This document shows, one piece after another, positions 46,365 through 55,975 of a DNA stretch of 64,000 nt (position 1 is its first letter; every line of letters begins with the position of its first letter). The notes beneath the pieces are model-generated. The model made no database searches. It was not told the DNA's origin and was given only the letters and a program-made list of their open reading frames with translations. The position numbers and the translations under genes are program-made. Source of the stretch: Actinomycetota bacterium. Lineage in GTDB: Bacteria; Actinomycetota; Acidimicrobiia; IMCC26256; PALSA-555. Location of the stretch: NCBI GenBank assembly GCA_016870355.1, contig VGBR01000002.1:3893-67892 (forward strand). The letters are read 5' to 3'.

Positions 46365-47510
46365 TCAAGCCGGGTCGATCCGGTACAGGCCATCGGACTG
46401 CGAGAGCACGTAGAGCTCGCCGTCGTTGTCCTCACCGAAGGCGGAGATGTCGCCGAGCTCCACGCCGAGCGATCCCTTGGCTTCCACTTCATTGTCGGAC
46501 TGCCGGACCCACCGGATCGTGCCGTTGCAGTAGTCCGCGTAGAGGTAGATGCCGCGGAGCGCCTCGATCTGCTCGCCTCGGTACACGAAGCCGCCGATGA
46601 CCGAGCAGTTGCCGTTGTCGTGCGAGAGCGACAGGAGCGCCGGCCAGGCGTCGCCCTCCGTCTCGCCGTCGCGGTACCGCTCCTTTGCTTCGAACACGTT
46701 CCATCCGAAGTTCGTGCCATTGCCGGCGCCTTCGTCGCCCGGTACGACGCTGACCTCTTCCCATTCGTCCTGGCCGACGTCGGCGACCCAGAGATCCCCG
46801 GTCTGGCGGTCGAACGAGAACGACCACGGGTTCCGCAACCCGAGCGACCAGATCTCGGGACGGTCCCCGTCGGCGAACGGATTGTCGTCGGGGATGGTGT
46901 ACGGCGCGTCGTCACTCGGCGCCGGGTCGATGCGCAGGATCTTTCCGAGCAGCGTGTCGAGCGACTGACCGTTCCCGCCGTCGGCATGGCCCGGGCCTTC
47001 GTCGCCACCGCTGCCGCCGTCACCCAACCCGAGGTAGAGGTAGCCGTCGGGGCCGAACGCGAGCTGACCCCCGTTGTGGTTCGCCTGCGGCTGCCGCACC
47101 GAGAGGAGCCGTCGCCGCGACGACTTGTCGACACCCGCATCGTCCACCCTGTACTCCTCGACACGGGTGTCGCCGTTGAAGTTCGTGAAGTGGATGTACA
47201 GCTTGTCGCCGGTGGGGGAGATGGCGATCCCCAACAAGCCCTGTTCGCCACCGAATGCGACGCGTCGGCTGACGTCGAGGACCACCTCGGTCGCGCCGTC
47301 GGGGCTCACCTCGACGACGCGCCCGGCCTGTTCGGTCACGTACAGCCGATCGTCGTTGGCGCGTGCAGCGATCGCAGTGCCGTCGTCGATGTCGGCAACC
47401 TGCGTCAGCTCGACCGAGTTGCGACCGGGTTGACCGCCCGCGCCCGCGGGCGCGCCGATCGTGACGATGGAGAACGTGGCCAGCACGGCCGCCGACCATC
47501 GGCGCCTCAT
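46365..47510 (-). CDS. PQQ-dependent sugar dehydrogenase (soluble aldose dehydrogenase/GSDH family), secreted
   Basis: The internal ATG at 47510 gives 381 aa with a signal peptide. It carries HNGGQLAFGPDGYLYLGLGDGG. The start overlaps the upstream paralogue's stop (ATGA). Confidence 0.85.
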   Translation of the reverse strand: MRRRWSAAVLATFSIVTIGAPAGAGGQPGRNSVELTQVADIDDGTAIAARANDDRLYVTEQAGRVVEVSPDGATEVVLDVSRRVAFGGEQGLLGIAISPTGDKLYIHFTNFNGDTRVEEYRVDDAGVDKSSRRRLLSVRQPQANHNGGQLAFGPDGYLYLGLGDGGSGGDEGPGHADGGNGQSLDTLLGKILRIDPAPSDDAPYTIPDDNPFADGDRPEIWSLGLRNPWSFSFDRQTGDLWVADVGQDEWEEVSVVPGDEGAGNGTNFGWNVFEAKERYRDGETEGDAWPALLSLSHDNGNCSVIGGFVYRGEQIEALRGIYLYADYCNGTIRWVRQSDNEVEAKGSLGVELGDISAFGEDNDGELYVLSQSDGLYRIDPA

Positions 47511-48706
47511 GCGGGATCGATGCGGAAGACGCCCTCGGATTGCGAGATGACGTAGAGCTCGCCGCCGTTGTCCTGCCCGAACGACGCGATCTGCGTCGCG
47601 GACACGCCCAGATCGCGCGCAACGACCACTTGACCGTCGAGCACCTGGATCGCGGCGATGACCGGTCGGCAGTAGTCGGTGTAGAGGTACGAGCCGACAA
47701 GGTCGGGGATGCGCGTGCCGCGGTACACGTAGCCGCCGGTGATCGCGCAGTTGCCGTCGGCGTGCGTGGTCTCGTGGATCGGGAGCACGGTCGAACCAGC
47801 CGCGGCGCCACCGCGGAAGTCGTGCGCGCCCTCTTGGAGCGGCCACCCGAAGTTCGATCCTGCGGCCGACGCGAACGGGACGAGGTTCACCTCTTCATAC
47901 GCGTTCTGTCCGACGTCGGCGATCCACACGTCGTCGGTCTGGCGGTCGAACGAGAACCGCCATGGGTTGCGCAGTCCGTACACCCAGATCTCCGGTGAAC
48001 CGCCACCGGTCGCGAACGGGTTGTCGGGCGGGATCCGATACTGCGCGGCCTGCGTCGGTCGTGGGTCGATCCGAATGATCTTCCCGAGGACGGTGGTGAG
48101 CGACTGGCCGTTTCCTTCCGGCGCGTGGCCGGAACCTTCGTCGTTCGCGCCGCCGCCGTCACCAAGCGCGAGGTAGAGGTTGCCGTCGGGGCCGAAGGTC
48201 AGGTCGCCACCGTTGTGGTTGTACTGGAGATCCGGCGCGGTGAAGACGAGTCGACGACTGGCGACGTCCGCTTGTCCGTTGGTGAACGCGTATTCCTCGA
48301 GCGTCGTGTCGCCACTGCCGGCAGCCGAGAAGTGGACGTAGAGCTTTGACCCGTCGGGGGAGAACGCGAGACCGAGCAATCCGTGCTCGGCGTTGTTCAC
48401 CAGCCGGCCGCTGAGGTCCAGCACTGGACGGCTCTGTCCGTTCTCGAGCGCCGTGATCTGACCACTCTGTTGGGCGAGGTACAGCGCCGCGTCGTCGGGC
48501 CGGGTCGCCATGGCGGTGCCGCTCTTCAGATCTGAGATCTTTGTGAGCGTCACGCTCGCCGCGTTGAGGTCCGCCCCGAGCGTGGTTGTCGTCGCGGCCG
48601 GTGCGCTGCTCGTTGTCGTCGAACGTGGTCGCTGTGCTGTCTCCGATCCACCGCAGGCCGCGACGACAACCAGGAGAAGCGCGACCACCGGGGGAGTGCG
48701 GCGCAC
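47507..48706 (-). CDS. PQQ-dependent sugar dehydrogenase paralogue, lipoprotein
   Basis: Has a lipobox (LLVVVAAC) and HNGGDLTFGPDGNLYLALGDGG. Confidence 0.85.
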   Translation of the reverse strand: MRRTPPVVALLLVVVAACGGSETAQRPRSTTTSSAPAATTTTLGADLNAASVTLTKISDLKSGTAMATRPDDAALYLAQQSGQITALENGQSRPVLDLSGRLVNNAEHGLLGLAFSPDGSKLYVHFSAAGSGDTTLEEYAFTNGQADVASRRLVFTAPDLQYNHNGGDLTFGPDGNLYLALGDGGGANDEGSGHAPEGNGQSLTTVLGKIIRIDPRPTQAAQYRIPPDNPFATGGGSPEIWVYGLRNPWRFSFDRQTDDVWIADVGQNAYEEVNLVPFASAAGSNFGWPLQEGAHDFRGGAAAGSTVLPIHETTHADGNCAITGGYVYRGTRIPDLVGSYLYTDYCRPVIAAIQVLDGQVVVARDLGVSATQIASFGQDNGGELYVISQSEGVFRIDPA

Positions 48707-48780
48707 GTCGTCGACGCTAGCGACCGTCGACCGTGCGAACGCGGTCAGGCGATGAGAGGGGCCTGTGACACCATGAGCAG

Positions 48781-49968
48781 GTGAAGTACCTCGTGCTCGT
48801 GCCCGACGGATGTGCCGACGAACCGTTGGCCGAGCTGGATGGCCGCACGCCGCTAGAGGCGGCGGCGATGCCCAGGCTCGCTGAGGTAGCGGCGCGAGCG
48901 GAGGTCGGCAGGGCTGCAGTCATCCCCGACGGTCTTCCTCCCGGGAGCGACGTCGGCAACATGGCGATCCTCGGCTTCGACCCCGCCGAGTACCACACCG
49001 GTCGCGCGCCGATCGAGGCTGCCGCGATGGGCATCGAGCTCGGACCCGACGAGGTCGCGTACCGGTGCAACCTGGTGACGGTCGACGCTGCCGGCACGAT
49101 GGTCGACTTCGCCGCCGGTCACCCGACCGACGCGCAGAGCCACCCGATCGTCGCCGCGCTCGACGATGCGCTCGGCGGTGGGCGAGAGGGTGTGCGCTTC
49201 CATCCCGGCGTCGAATACCGACACCTGTGCGTCGTGCCGCGGGACTGGGCCGAAGCCGAGTGCGTGCCGCCTCACGACCTCACTGGGCAGATCGCGGTCC
49301 TCCCGACCGGTCCGGCGGCCGGGAAGGTCAACGCCCTGATGGACGCGTCGAGGGAAGTGGTGGGGCGTGTCGCGGCCGAGGTCGACTCGAACGCGACGCA
49401 GATCTGGCTCTGGGGTCAAGGTGTGCGCCCCGCGTTGCCTCGCTTCGAGGACCGCTACGGCGTCACCGGCCGGTTGAGCTCCGCCGTGGATCTCGTGCGC
49501 GGACTCGGCGTGCTGACCGGACTTGATGTGGTGGACGTGCCCGGCGCGACGGCTGGGTTCGACAACGACTACGGCGCGCAAGCCCGGGCCTGTCTCGACT
49601 CGCTGCAAGACCGAGACCTCTTTCTCTTGCACGTCGAGGCAACCGACGAAGCCGGCCACGCGGGCGACCCGAAGGAGAAGGTCGCGGCACTCCAACGCTG
49701 GGACACCGACATCATCGGGCCGCTCGTCGAAGCGCTCGGCGACGATCCGTACCGCATCCTCTTGATGCCCGATCACTCCACGCCGTGCGCGCTGAAGACG
49801 CACACGAGCGATCCGGTGCCGTACCTCTTGTTCGACTCGACGGTCGACGGCCCGGGCGGCGCCTACACCGAGTCCGGTGTTGCGAACAGCGACCCAGTGG
49901 TCGCACACACCCTCATGTCGAGGCTCCTCGCGTCACCCGAGCTGCCCTTGATTGCCGGGGGGCTGTAG
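48781..49968 (+). CDS. cofactor-independent phosphoglycerate mutase family protein, ApgM type (proposed non-orthologous homoserine kinase subgroup)
   Basis: MKYLVLVPDGCADEP...GSDVGNMAILGFDP and the metal-binding HVEATDEAGHAGD are present. It is located in the thr locus, where thrB is missing. Confidence 0.8.
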   Translation: MKYLVLVPDGCADEPLAELDGRTPLEAAAMPRLAEVAARAEVGRAAVIPDGLPPGSDVGNMAILGFDPAEYHTGRAPIEAAAMGIELGPDEVAYRCNLVTVDAAGTMVDFAAGHPTDAQSHPIVAALDDALGGGREGVRFHPGVEYRHLCVVPRDWAEAECVPPHDLTGQIAVLPTGPAAGKVNALMDASREVVGRVAAEVDSNATQIWLWGQGVRPALPRFEDRYGVTGRLSSAVDLVRGLGVLTGLDVVDVPGATAGFDNDYGAQARACLDSLQDRDLFLLHVEATDEAGHAGDPKEKVAALQRWDTDIIGPLVEALGDDPYRILLMPDHSTPCALKTHTSDPVPYLLFDSTVDGPGGAYTESGVANSDPVVAHTLMSRLLASPELPLIAGGL

Positions 49969-50198
49969 AGGGGATACAGTGGTGTTGTTCCGCCGCATCC
50001 ACGGTGCGGCATCCCGGCTCCCTCTCTCGAGCCGCTCACGCCCAGCGAGATCGTCTCGCTCCACGCACCGACTTCTCGGCGGTACCCGTTCCCTTCCAGG
50101 CCCGCGGCCACAGCGGTCGCCCAGGCCCGGAGGTTGGCAATCCGGCGTCGGGCAAGGGCTGACGCCGGCTCCCGCATCCTGAGGAGCACACACACGCA
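49969..50198 (+). promoter_or_regulatory. long structured C-rich leader of rho
   Basis: A 230-nt untranslated spacer with hairpins at 49992-50010, 50016-50033, 50044-50060 and 50142-50168. GAGGAG lies upstream of ATG 50199. Confidence 0.4.
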
Positions 50199-51881
50199 AT
50201 GAGCACCGCAGAAATCGACCGTTCGACGCTGGACGGCAAGGACCGCGAGGAGCTCCACGCCATTGCCGGTGCGATGGGCGTCAACGCGCCCACGCGCATG
50301 CGCAAGGCAGAGCTCATCGAGGCCATCGTCGCCGCCGCGAGTGGAGAAGCGCCGGGTGGCAACGGCTCGTCCGAGGCCGAGTCGTCCGAGCGGCCGCGCA
50401 CCGTGCGCTCGGCGCGCGCGTCACAGGTGTCCGACGACTCCATCGAGGCGCTGGCCGCCGAGGAGGACGCGCTTGCGTCGTCCAACGGTGAAGACGAAGC
50501 CGAGATCGCGCCGCGCCCCCGGCGGTCGAGTGCCACGAGCACCGCGACCGAAGAAGCAGACACACCCGACGCGTCCGACGACGACTCGGGGAGCACCGGC
50601 ACCTCGACCGTCGAGGTCGACCCCGAAGACGTGCGCGAGTCGTACGGCGACGGCAACACCAACCGTCGTCGTCGCCGCCGGCGCGGAGGACGCGGCGGCT
50701 ACGAGAACGAACCCCGTCCGAATGAGCCCGTCGGTGACCCCGTTGAAGTGCAGGGTCTCCTGGACCTGCGTGACGAGGGCTACGGGTTCCTCCGCACGAC
50801 CGGCTATCTGCCGGGGTCGAAGGACGTGTACGTCTCCGCCTCTCAGGTGCGTCGCTTCTCGCTGCGCAAGGGCGACTTCGTCCAGGGCTTCTCCCGTCCG
50901 CAAGCAAGCAACGAGAAGTACCCGGCGCTGTTGAAGGTGGATGCCATCAACGGCATGTCACCCGACGACGCGAAGGGTCGGCCGAGATTCGAGGACCTCA
51001 CCCCGCTGTTCCCCGACGAGCAGCTGCGACTCGAGCTCGCGGACGCGCCGATGGACGTGACCGGTCGCATCGTCGACCTGCTCTCTCCGATCGGCAAGGG
51101 ACAGCGAGGCATGATCGTCTCGCCGCCGAAGGCCGGGAAGACGACGATCCTCAAGCAGATCGTGTACTCGGTCGAGCGCAACAACCCTGAGGTGCACCTC
51201 ATGGTGCTGCTCGTCGACGAGCGCCCCGAAGAGGTCACCGACATGAAGCGGCACGTGCAGAAGGGTGAGGTGGTCGCCAGCACGTTCGACCGCCCGTCCG
51301 ACGAGCACACCGCCGTCGCTGAGCTCACCATCGACCGGGCCAAGCGCCTCGTCGAGATGGGCAAGGACGTCGTAATCGTGCTCGACGGCATCACGCGACT
51401 GTCGCGGGCGTACAACCTCGCGGCGCCGGCGTCAGGCCGGATCATGTCGGGTGGTGTCGACTCGACCGCCCTCTACCCGCCGAAGAAGTTCTTCGGGGCC
51501 GCCCGCAACATCGAAGAGGGTGGATCGCTCACCATCATCGCCACCGCGCTCGTCGAGACCGGCAGCCGGATGGACGAGGTGATCTTCGAGGAGTTCAAGG
51601 GCACCGGCAACATGGAGCTCCGGCTCGATCGCCGTCTCGCCGAGCGCCGGATCTACCCGGCGATCGACGTCGAGGCATCGAGCACCCGACATGAAGAGCT
51701 GCTGTTCGAACGCGACCAGCTGAACCAAGTATGGAAGCTGCGGCGGGTGCTCAACGCCCTGGATGCCGATTCCGGCGGCTCGGGCCGAGGCCTCGACCTG
51801 TTGTTGGAGAAGCTCCGTACGACCAAGAGCAACGACGAGTTCCTGGCCGAGGTGGCCAAGGCCCCGTCGCTCGGGACTTGA
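50199..51881 (+). CDS. rho: transcription termination factor Rho (with actinobacterial disordered N-terminal insertion)
   Basis: Has the Rho N-terminal domain, a roughly 140-aa acidic then [12 protein letters not shown] insertion, the CSD-like RNA-binding domain and Walker A PPKAGKTT. Confidence 0.95.
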   Translation: MSTAEIDRSTLDGKDREELHAIAGAMGVNAPTRMRKAELIEAIVAAASGEAPGGNGSSEAESSERPRTVRSARASQVSDDSIEALAAEEDALASSNGEDEAEIAPRPRRSSATSTATEEADTPDASDDDSGSTGTSTVEVDPEDVRESYGDGNTNRRRRRRRGGRGGYENEPRPNEPVGDPVEVQGLLDLRDEGYGFLRTTGYLPGSKDVYVSASQVRRFSLRKGDFVQGFSRPQASNEKYPALLKVDAINGMSPDDAKGRPRFEDLTPLFPDEQLRLELADAPMDVTGRIVDLLSPIGKGQRGMIVSPPKAGKTTILKQIVYSVERNNPEVHLMVLLVDERPEEVTDMKRHVQKGEVVASTFDRPSDEHTAVAELTIDRAKRLVEMGKDVVIVLDGITRLSRAYNLAAPASGRIMSGGVDSTALYPPKKFFGAARNIEEGGSLTIIATALVETGSRMDEVIFEEFKGTGNMELRLDRRLAERRIYPAIDVEASSTRHEELLFERDQLNQVWKLRRVLNALDADSGGSGRGLDLLLEKLRTTKSNDEFLAEVAKAPSLGT

Positions 51882-51926
51882 TGACGCCTGTTCGAATCGC
51901 CGGATCTCGTCGGTAGGATTTGGACC

Positions 51927-52136
51927 ATGAAACAGGACATCCACCCCGAATACGTCACTTGCACCGTGCATTGCTCGTGCGGCAACGAGTTCACCACCCG
52001 TTCGACGGTGCCGTCGCTGCGGGCCGAGCTCTGCTCGGAGTGCCACCCCTTCTACACGGGCAAGCAGAAGCTCGTGGACACAGGGGGTCGAGTCGAGCGC
52101 TTCCAGCGCCGATACGAGAAGGCCACGAAGAAGTGA
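51927..52136 (+). CDS. rpmE: 50S ribosomal protein L31 (Zn-ribbon type A)
   Basis: MKQDIHPEY... with CSC and CSEC cysteines. Confidence 0.93.
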   Translation: MKQDIHPEYVTCTVHCSCGNEFTTRSTVPSLRAELCSECHPFYTGKQKLVDTGGRVERFQRRYEKATKK

Positions 52137-52185
52137 TGCCGATGGTCGCGACGCGGCGAGCGCAGCGAGCTCACCGAGGGAGCGA

Positions 52186-52220
52186 CTCCCTACGGGCTGA
52201 GTATCCCAGCCCGTAGGGAG
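52186..52220 (+). promoter_or_regulatory. 14-bp perfect hairpin after rpmE that sequesters the SD of the next gene
   Basis: The hairpin is ctccctacgggctg-agtatcc-cagcccgtagggag. The 3' arm contains GGGAG, 8 nt upstream of ATG 52228. It could act as a terminator and/or a translational gate. Confidence 0.5.
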
Positions 52221-52227
52221 CGACCGA

Positions 52228-53169
52228 ATGAAGAAGGAAGCACCGCGCTACATGGGCGGCCAGGCCGTCATGGAAGGCGTGATGATGCGCGGCCTCGATC
52301 GTTGGGCCGTCGCGGTGCGCAACCTCGACGGCGAGGTCGAGGTGGAAGTGCACGACACTCCGCATTGGACGGAGAAGTGGGTGCACGTCCCGCTCGTGCG
52401 CGGCGTCATCACCCTCGCTGAGTCGCTGAACCTCGGGTTCAAGGCGCTTGCGTGGTCGGCCGACCGTCAGCTTCCTGAAGAGGAGCGCATCTCCTCGAAG
52501 GCGATGGGCTGGACGATGGCCATCGCGATGGTGTTCTTCCTCGCCGTGTTCCTCGTGTTGCCGGCGCTCGGCACGAGCGCGCTCGGCGACTGGCTCGACG
52601 TGCACGGCTTCGAATACCACCTGCTCGAGGGTGGGATCCGCATGGCCATCTTCCTCGGCTACCTCGGACTCATCGGGTTGATCCCCGACATCAAGCGCGT
52701 GTTCATGTACCACGGCGCCGAGCACAAGGCGATCGCCGCGTACGAGAACAACGTCGAGCTCACGCCGGAGTCGGCGCAGCGCTTCACCACCGAGCATGTC
52801 CGCTGCGGCACCAACTTCTTGCTCACGGTGATGGTCGTCACGATCTTCGTGTACTCGTTCGTCGGCCGGCCCGCGCTGCCGCTGCTGGTCCTGTCGCGCA
52901 TCGTGCTGATCCCACTCGTAGCCGGCATCGCCTACGAAGTGATCCGCTACGCGGCGCGCCACATGGACAAGGGGTGGGTCCGCTTCCTCATGAAGCCCGG
53001 CCTCGCGCTCCAGAAGCTCACGACCCGTGAGCCCACGCTCGACCAGCTCGAGATCGCGATCACCTCGCTGAAGGCGGTCATGACCGCCGAGCAGCTGGCC
53101 GAGGTCGAGGCCCGCCCGAAGGCAGCGATCCCGGCGACCTCCAGCCGCCCCACCTTCAGCCCCGCCTGA
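52228..53169 (+). CDS. DUF1385 domain membrane protein
   Basis: Carries the hallmark GGQAVMEGVMMRG and YHGAEHKAI motifs. Its position downstream of rpmE is typical. Confidence 0.85.
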   Translation: MKKEAPRYMGGQAVMEGVMMRGLDRWAVAVRNLDGEVEVEVHDTPHWTEKWVHVPLVRGVITLAESLNLGFKALAWSADRQLPEEERISSKAMGWTMAIAMVFFLAVFLVLPALGTSALGDWLDVHGFEYHLLEGGIRMAIFLGYLGLIGLIPDIKRVFMYHGAEHKAIAAYENNVELTPESAQRFTTEHVRCGTNFLLTVMVVTIFVYSFVGRPALPLLVLSRIVLIPLVAGIAYEVIRYAARHMDKGWVRFLMKPGLALQKLTTREPTLDQLEIAITSLKAVMTAEQLAEVEARPKAAIPATSSRPTFSPA

Positions 53170-53176
53170 ACTCCTC

Positions 53177-53194
53177 CCCGAAGATTTCTTCGGG
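53177..53194 (+). terminator. terminator-like hairpin after the DUF1385 gene
   Basis: cccgaag-attt-cttcggg, followed by atcttct. Confidence 0.45.
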
Positions 53195-53251
53195 ATCTTC
53201 TGGAAACGCGCCTGACCTGCCCATACGCGGCCTGATTTCCTTCCACTTGGC

Positions 53252-53280
53252 TTGACAGGGGGAACACGCGTTCGTATCCT
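53252..53280 (+). promoter_or_regulatory. near-consensus sigma70-type promoter upstream of the HNH gene
   Basis: TTGACA (53252-57), a 17-nt spacer and TATCCT (53275-80), in a locally lower-GC patch. Confidence 0.5.
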
Positions 53281-53391
53281 GGTGTTCAGCACGTCGAGGA
53301 GTCGTTCTCTCTCCTCACCGCACTTCCCCGCAGGGAACCGGTAGGACGCTGGCGCCACGAGGCGCCCCTGCCGGTGCTTCGGGGAGGTGTG

Positions 53392-54573
53392 ATGTTCGAG
53401 GAGCTCGACGGCGCGATCGCCACGATCGAGCGGTTCGTTGCAGAGTTCGAGCCCGGGCTCCTCGACGCCCGCGGGTCGGTCCGGGCTGTCGAGCGGTTCG
53501 CTCGGGCAAAGAACACTTGCGAAGCTGGCCTCGCGCTTGCCGGTATCCGTGCGGACGAGACGGGCGCCTACCGCGAGTCGGGCGCGCGCAACGCGGCCGA
53601 GTGGGTCGCGCGCAAGGCCGGCACCTCGGTGGTCGGTGCGGAGCGAGCGCTGGACACCGCGGTGTTGCTTTCCGAGCTGCCAGCCACCGACGCGGCGATG
53701 CGGGCCGGGAAGATCTCCCAGGAGCAGGCCTACGAGATCGCCGCCGCGGCTCGCAAGGATCCGGGCGCGGAGTGCGCGCTGGTACAGGAAGCCAAGCAGG
53801 GGATCTCGCTCAAGGGGCTGAAGGACCGGTGCCGACGGGTGCGCGCTGCGGCGGAAGCTGACGATGAAGCGTGGGCCAAGCGGTTGCACGACAACCGTCA
53901 GCTGCGTAGATGGATCGATGCCGACACCGCGGCCTGTGGCATGTATCGGCTGTCACCCGAGAAGGGCGCAGAGGTGAGCGCGGCCATCGATGCCGAGATC
54001 GAGCTCATCCTCAAGGAAGCCCGCGCTGCGGGCACCTTCGAGTCACGCGAGGCCTACGCCGCGGACGCGTTGCACGCGCTGATCACTCGTGGGCCGCGCA
54101 AGGCCACCGGCATCAACCTGATCATCGACGGGAAGGTCGCTTCCTCCGGCGAGTCAGGAACGATCGAGATCGGTTCACGCTGCGAGATCGTGGGCGTCGG
54201 TCCGATCCCCGTCACGCTCGCCAAGCAGCTCCTCGCCGACGCCAAGGTGCGTGTCGTGCCCGCAGACGAGTCCGTGCTGCCGAAGCACGAGAGCGCCACT
54301 CGCTACCTCCCGCAGTGGATGCGCGACTGGCTCGACCAGCAGTACCCGGTGTGCGGCCAGCCCGACTGCGACCGCGACTTCCGCCTCGAGTACGACCACA
54401 TCGTCGGCCTGGCCGACGGTGGCACGACAACCCTCGACAACTTGTGGCGATTGTGCTGGTACCACCACCGGCAGAAGACGATCGGCGCACTCCTCGTCAC
54501 CGGCGAGGCTCGCGACTGGCGGCTCGTCCCGCGCGACCGGCGGCTATCCCGAGCAGGGCCCGATCCGCCATGA
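53392..54573 (+). CDS. DUF222/HNH endonuclease (REP13E12-like family)
   Basis: Has an N-terminal DUF222-like region and the C-terminal HNH motif CDRDFRLEYDHIVGLADGGTTTLDNLWRLCWYHHRQKT. The start is ATG 53392, with GTG 53374 as the alternative. Confidence 0.85.
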   Translation: MFEELDGAIATIERFVAEFEPGLLDARGSVRAVERFARAKNTCEAGLALAGIRADETGAYRESGARNAAEWVARKAGTSVVGAERALDTAVLLSELPATDAAMRAGKISQEQAYEIAAAARKDPGAECALVQEAKQGISLKGLKDRCRRVRAAAEADDEAWAKRLHDNRQLRRWIDADTAACGMYRLSPEKGAEVSAAIDAEIELILKEARAAGTFESREAYAADALHALITRGPRKATGINLIIDGKVASSGESGTIEIGSRCEIVGVGPIPVTLAKQLLADAKVRVVPADESVLPKHESATRYLPQWMRDWLDQQYPVCGQPDCDRDFRLEYDHIVGLADGGTTTLDNLWRLCWYHHRQKTIGALLVTGEARDWRLVPRDRRLSRAGPDPP

Positions 54574-54643
54574 GCCCGATCGTTGACGCCCCTCTCAGCC
54601 GCGGTTCACCTTCCCCTCACAAATCGACGCGAGGATTCGTGAC

Positions 54644-55975
54644 GTGAGCGTGAGTACGCGCGAGCGCATCTCGCACGTCGTGCGCCGCCTCTCCATGGGC
54701 GCACACCCTGACCTCGTGGCCGCGCTGGAGTCGCCGGACGCGGCGATCGCTCGCGCGCTCGATCTCTCGGCCGCGGCACCCGTGCTGCCTTCGATGGTTC
54801 CGCCGTCGTCCTATGACGAGCAGCAGCCGATCGACATCGTGCCCACGATCGCGTGGTGGCTAGGGCAGATGCAGACCAGCCCCCGCCTGATCGAGGAACG
54901 GCTCGTGTGGTTCTGGCACGACCACTTCGCCACGAGCCTCGCCAAGGTGCGCGTCCCGTATCTCCTGCACCAGCAGCACGCCACTGTGCGCGCCCTGGCG
55001 ACCGGATCGTTCGCCGACCTGCTGCACGCGATGGCGAAGGACCCGGCGATGCTCGGTTACCTCGATGGCGTGACCAACCAGGTGGAGAACGTCAACGAGA
55101 ACTTCGGGCGAGAGTGCCTGGAGCTGTTCACCATGGGCATCGGCGGTGGGTACACCCAGGACGACGTCGTGGCCGCGTCGCGTGCGTGCAGTGGTTGGGT
55201 GGTGAACGTTCCGGGCCGCCGCTTCTCGGCCCGGCTCACCGAGCTCGGGGCGGGGCCATGGGGCTCGATCTTCATCCCGTTCCGCCACGATGACGGCGAG
55301 AAGGAGCTGCTCGGTCAGCGCGGCGCGTTCGACCTCGACGGTGCGCTCGACGTGATCCTCGAACACCCATCGACGGCGCGCTACGTCGCGGGCAAGCTCT
55401 ATCGCGAGCTCGTGGGTCTCGAAGCCGACGACCAGACGGCGAAGCGGCTCGGCGACGACTTTGCTCGCGACTGGTCGATCATGGGCTTGGTCGAGTCGAC
55501 CGTCGCCGAGCCGGCGTTCACGTCGAACGCCGCGGTGCGATCGAAGGTCCGAACCCCGGTCGAGAAGCTGGTGGGAATCGCGCACGCCGGTGCGCTGCCC
55601 GGCGAGGGCAGCACGGCAGCAGTCGACCTCCGAGTGGTGGCCGGGCGCTCACGAGCTGGCGATCAGGTCGTGGGTGTTGGCGAGGCGCTGCGCACCATCG
55701 GCTTCATCCCGTTCGTGCCCCCGAACGTCTCGGGGTTCCCCGAAGGAACGCTGCTGCTCGGGCCGCACCAGCTCGTGCACACGTTCGATCTCCTGCAGGT
55801 GCTGCCGACCGCGCCTGCAGTCGGCCCCGGCGGAGTGGAGGACGTCGATGCGCTCATGGCGCGCTTCGGCGTCTTCGACATCACGAAGTCGACGCGACGC
55901 GTCCTCGAACGCGAGCGCGATCCCGGCCGACAGTTCACGCTTGCGGCCATGTCACCGGAGTTCGCAGTCACATGA
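54644..55975 (+). CDS. DUF1800 domain protein
   Basis: WFWHDHFATS and the overall length match DUF1800. It is paired with DUF1501 by an ATGA overlap. Confidence 0.75.
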   Translation: MSVSTRERISHVVRRLSMGAHPDLVAALESPDAAIARALDLSAAAPVLPSMVPPSSYDEQQPIDIVPTIAWWLGQMQTSPRLIEERLVWFWHDHFATSLAKVRVPYLLHQQHATVRALATGSFADLLHAMAKDPAMLGYLDGVTNQVENVNENFGRECLELFTMGIGGGYTQDDVVAASRACSGWVVNVPGRRFSARLTELGAGPWGSIFIPFRHDDGEKELLGQRGAFDLDGALDVILEHPSTARYVAGKLYRELVGLEADDQTAKRLGDDFARDWSIMGLVESTVAEPAFTSNAAVRSKVRTPVEKLVGIAHAGALPGEGSTAAVDLRVVAGRSRAGDQVVGVGEALRTIGFIPFVPPNVSGFPEGTLLLGPHQLVHTFDLLQVLPTAPAVGPGGVEDVDALMARFGVFDITKSTRRVLERERDPGRQFTLAAMSPEFAVT

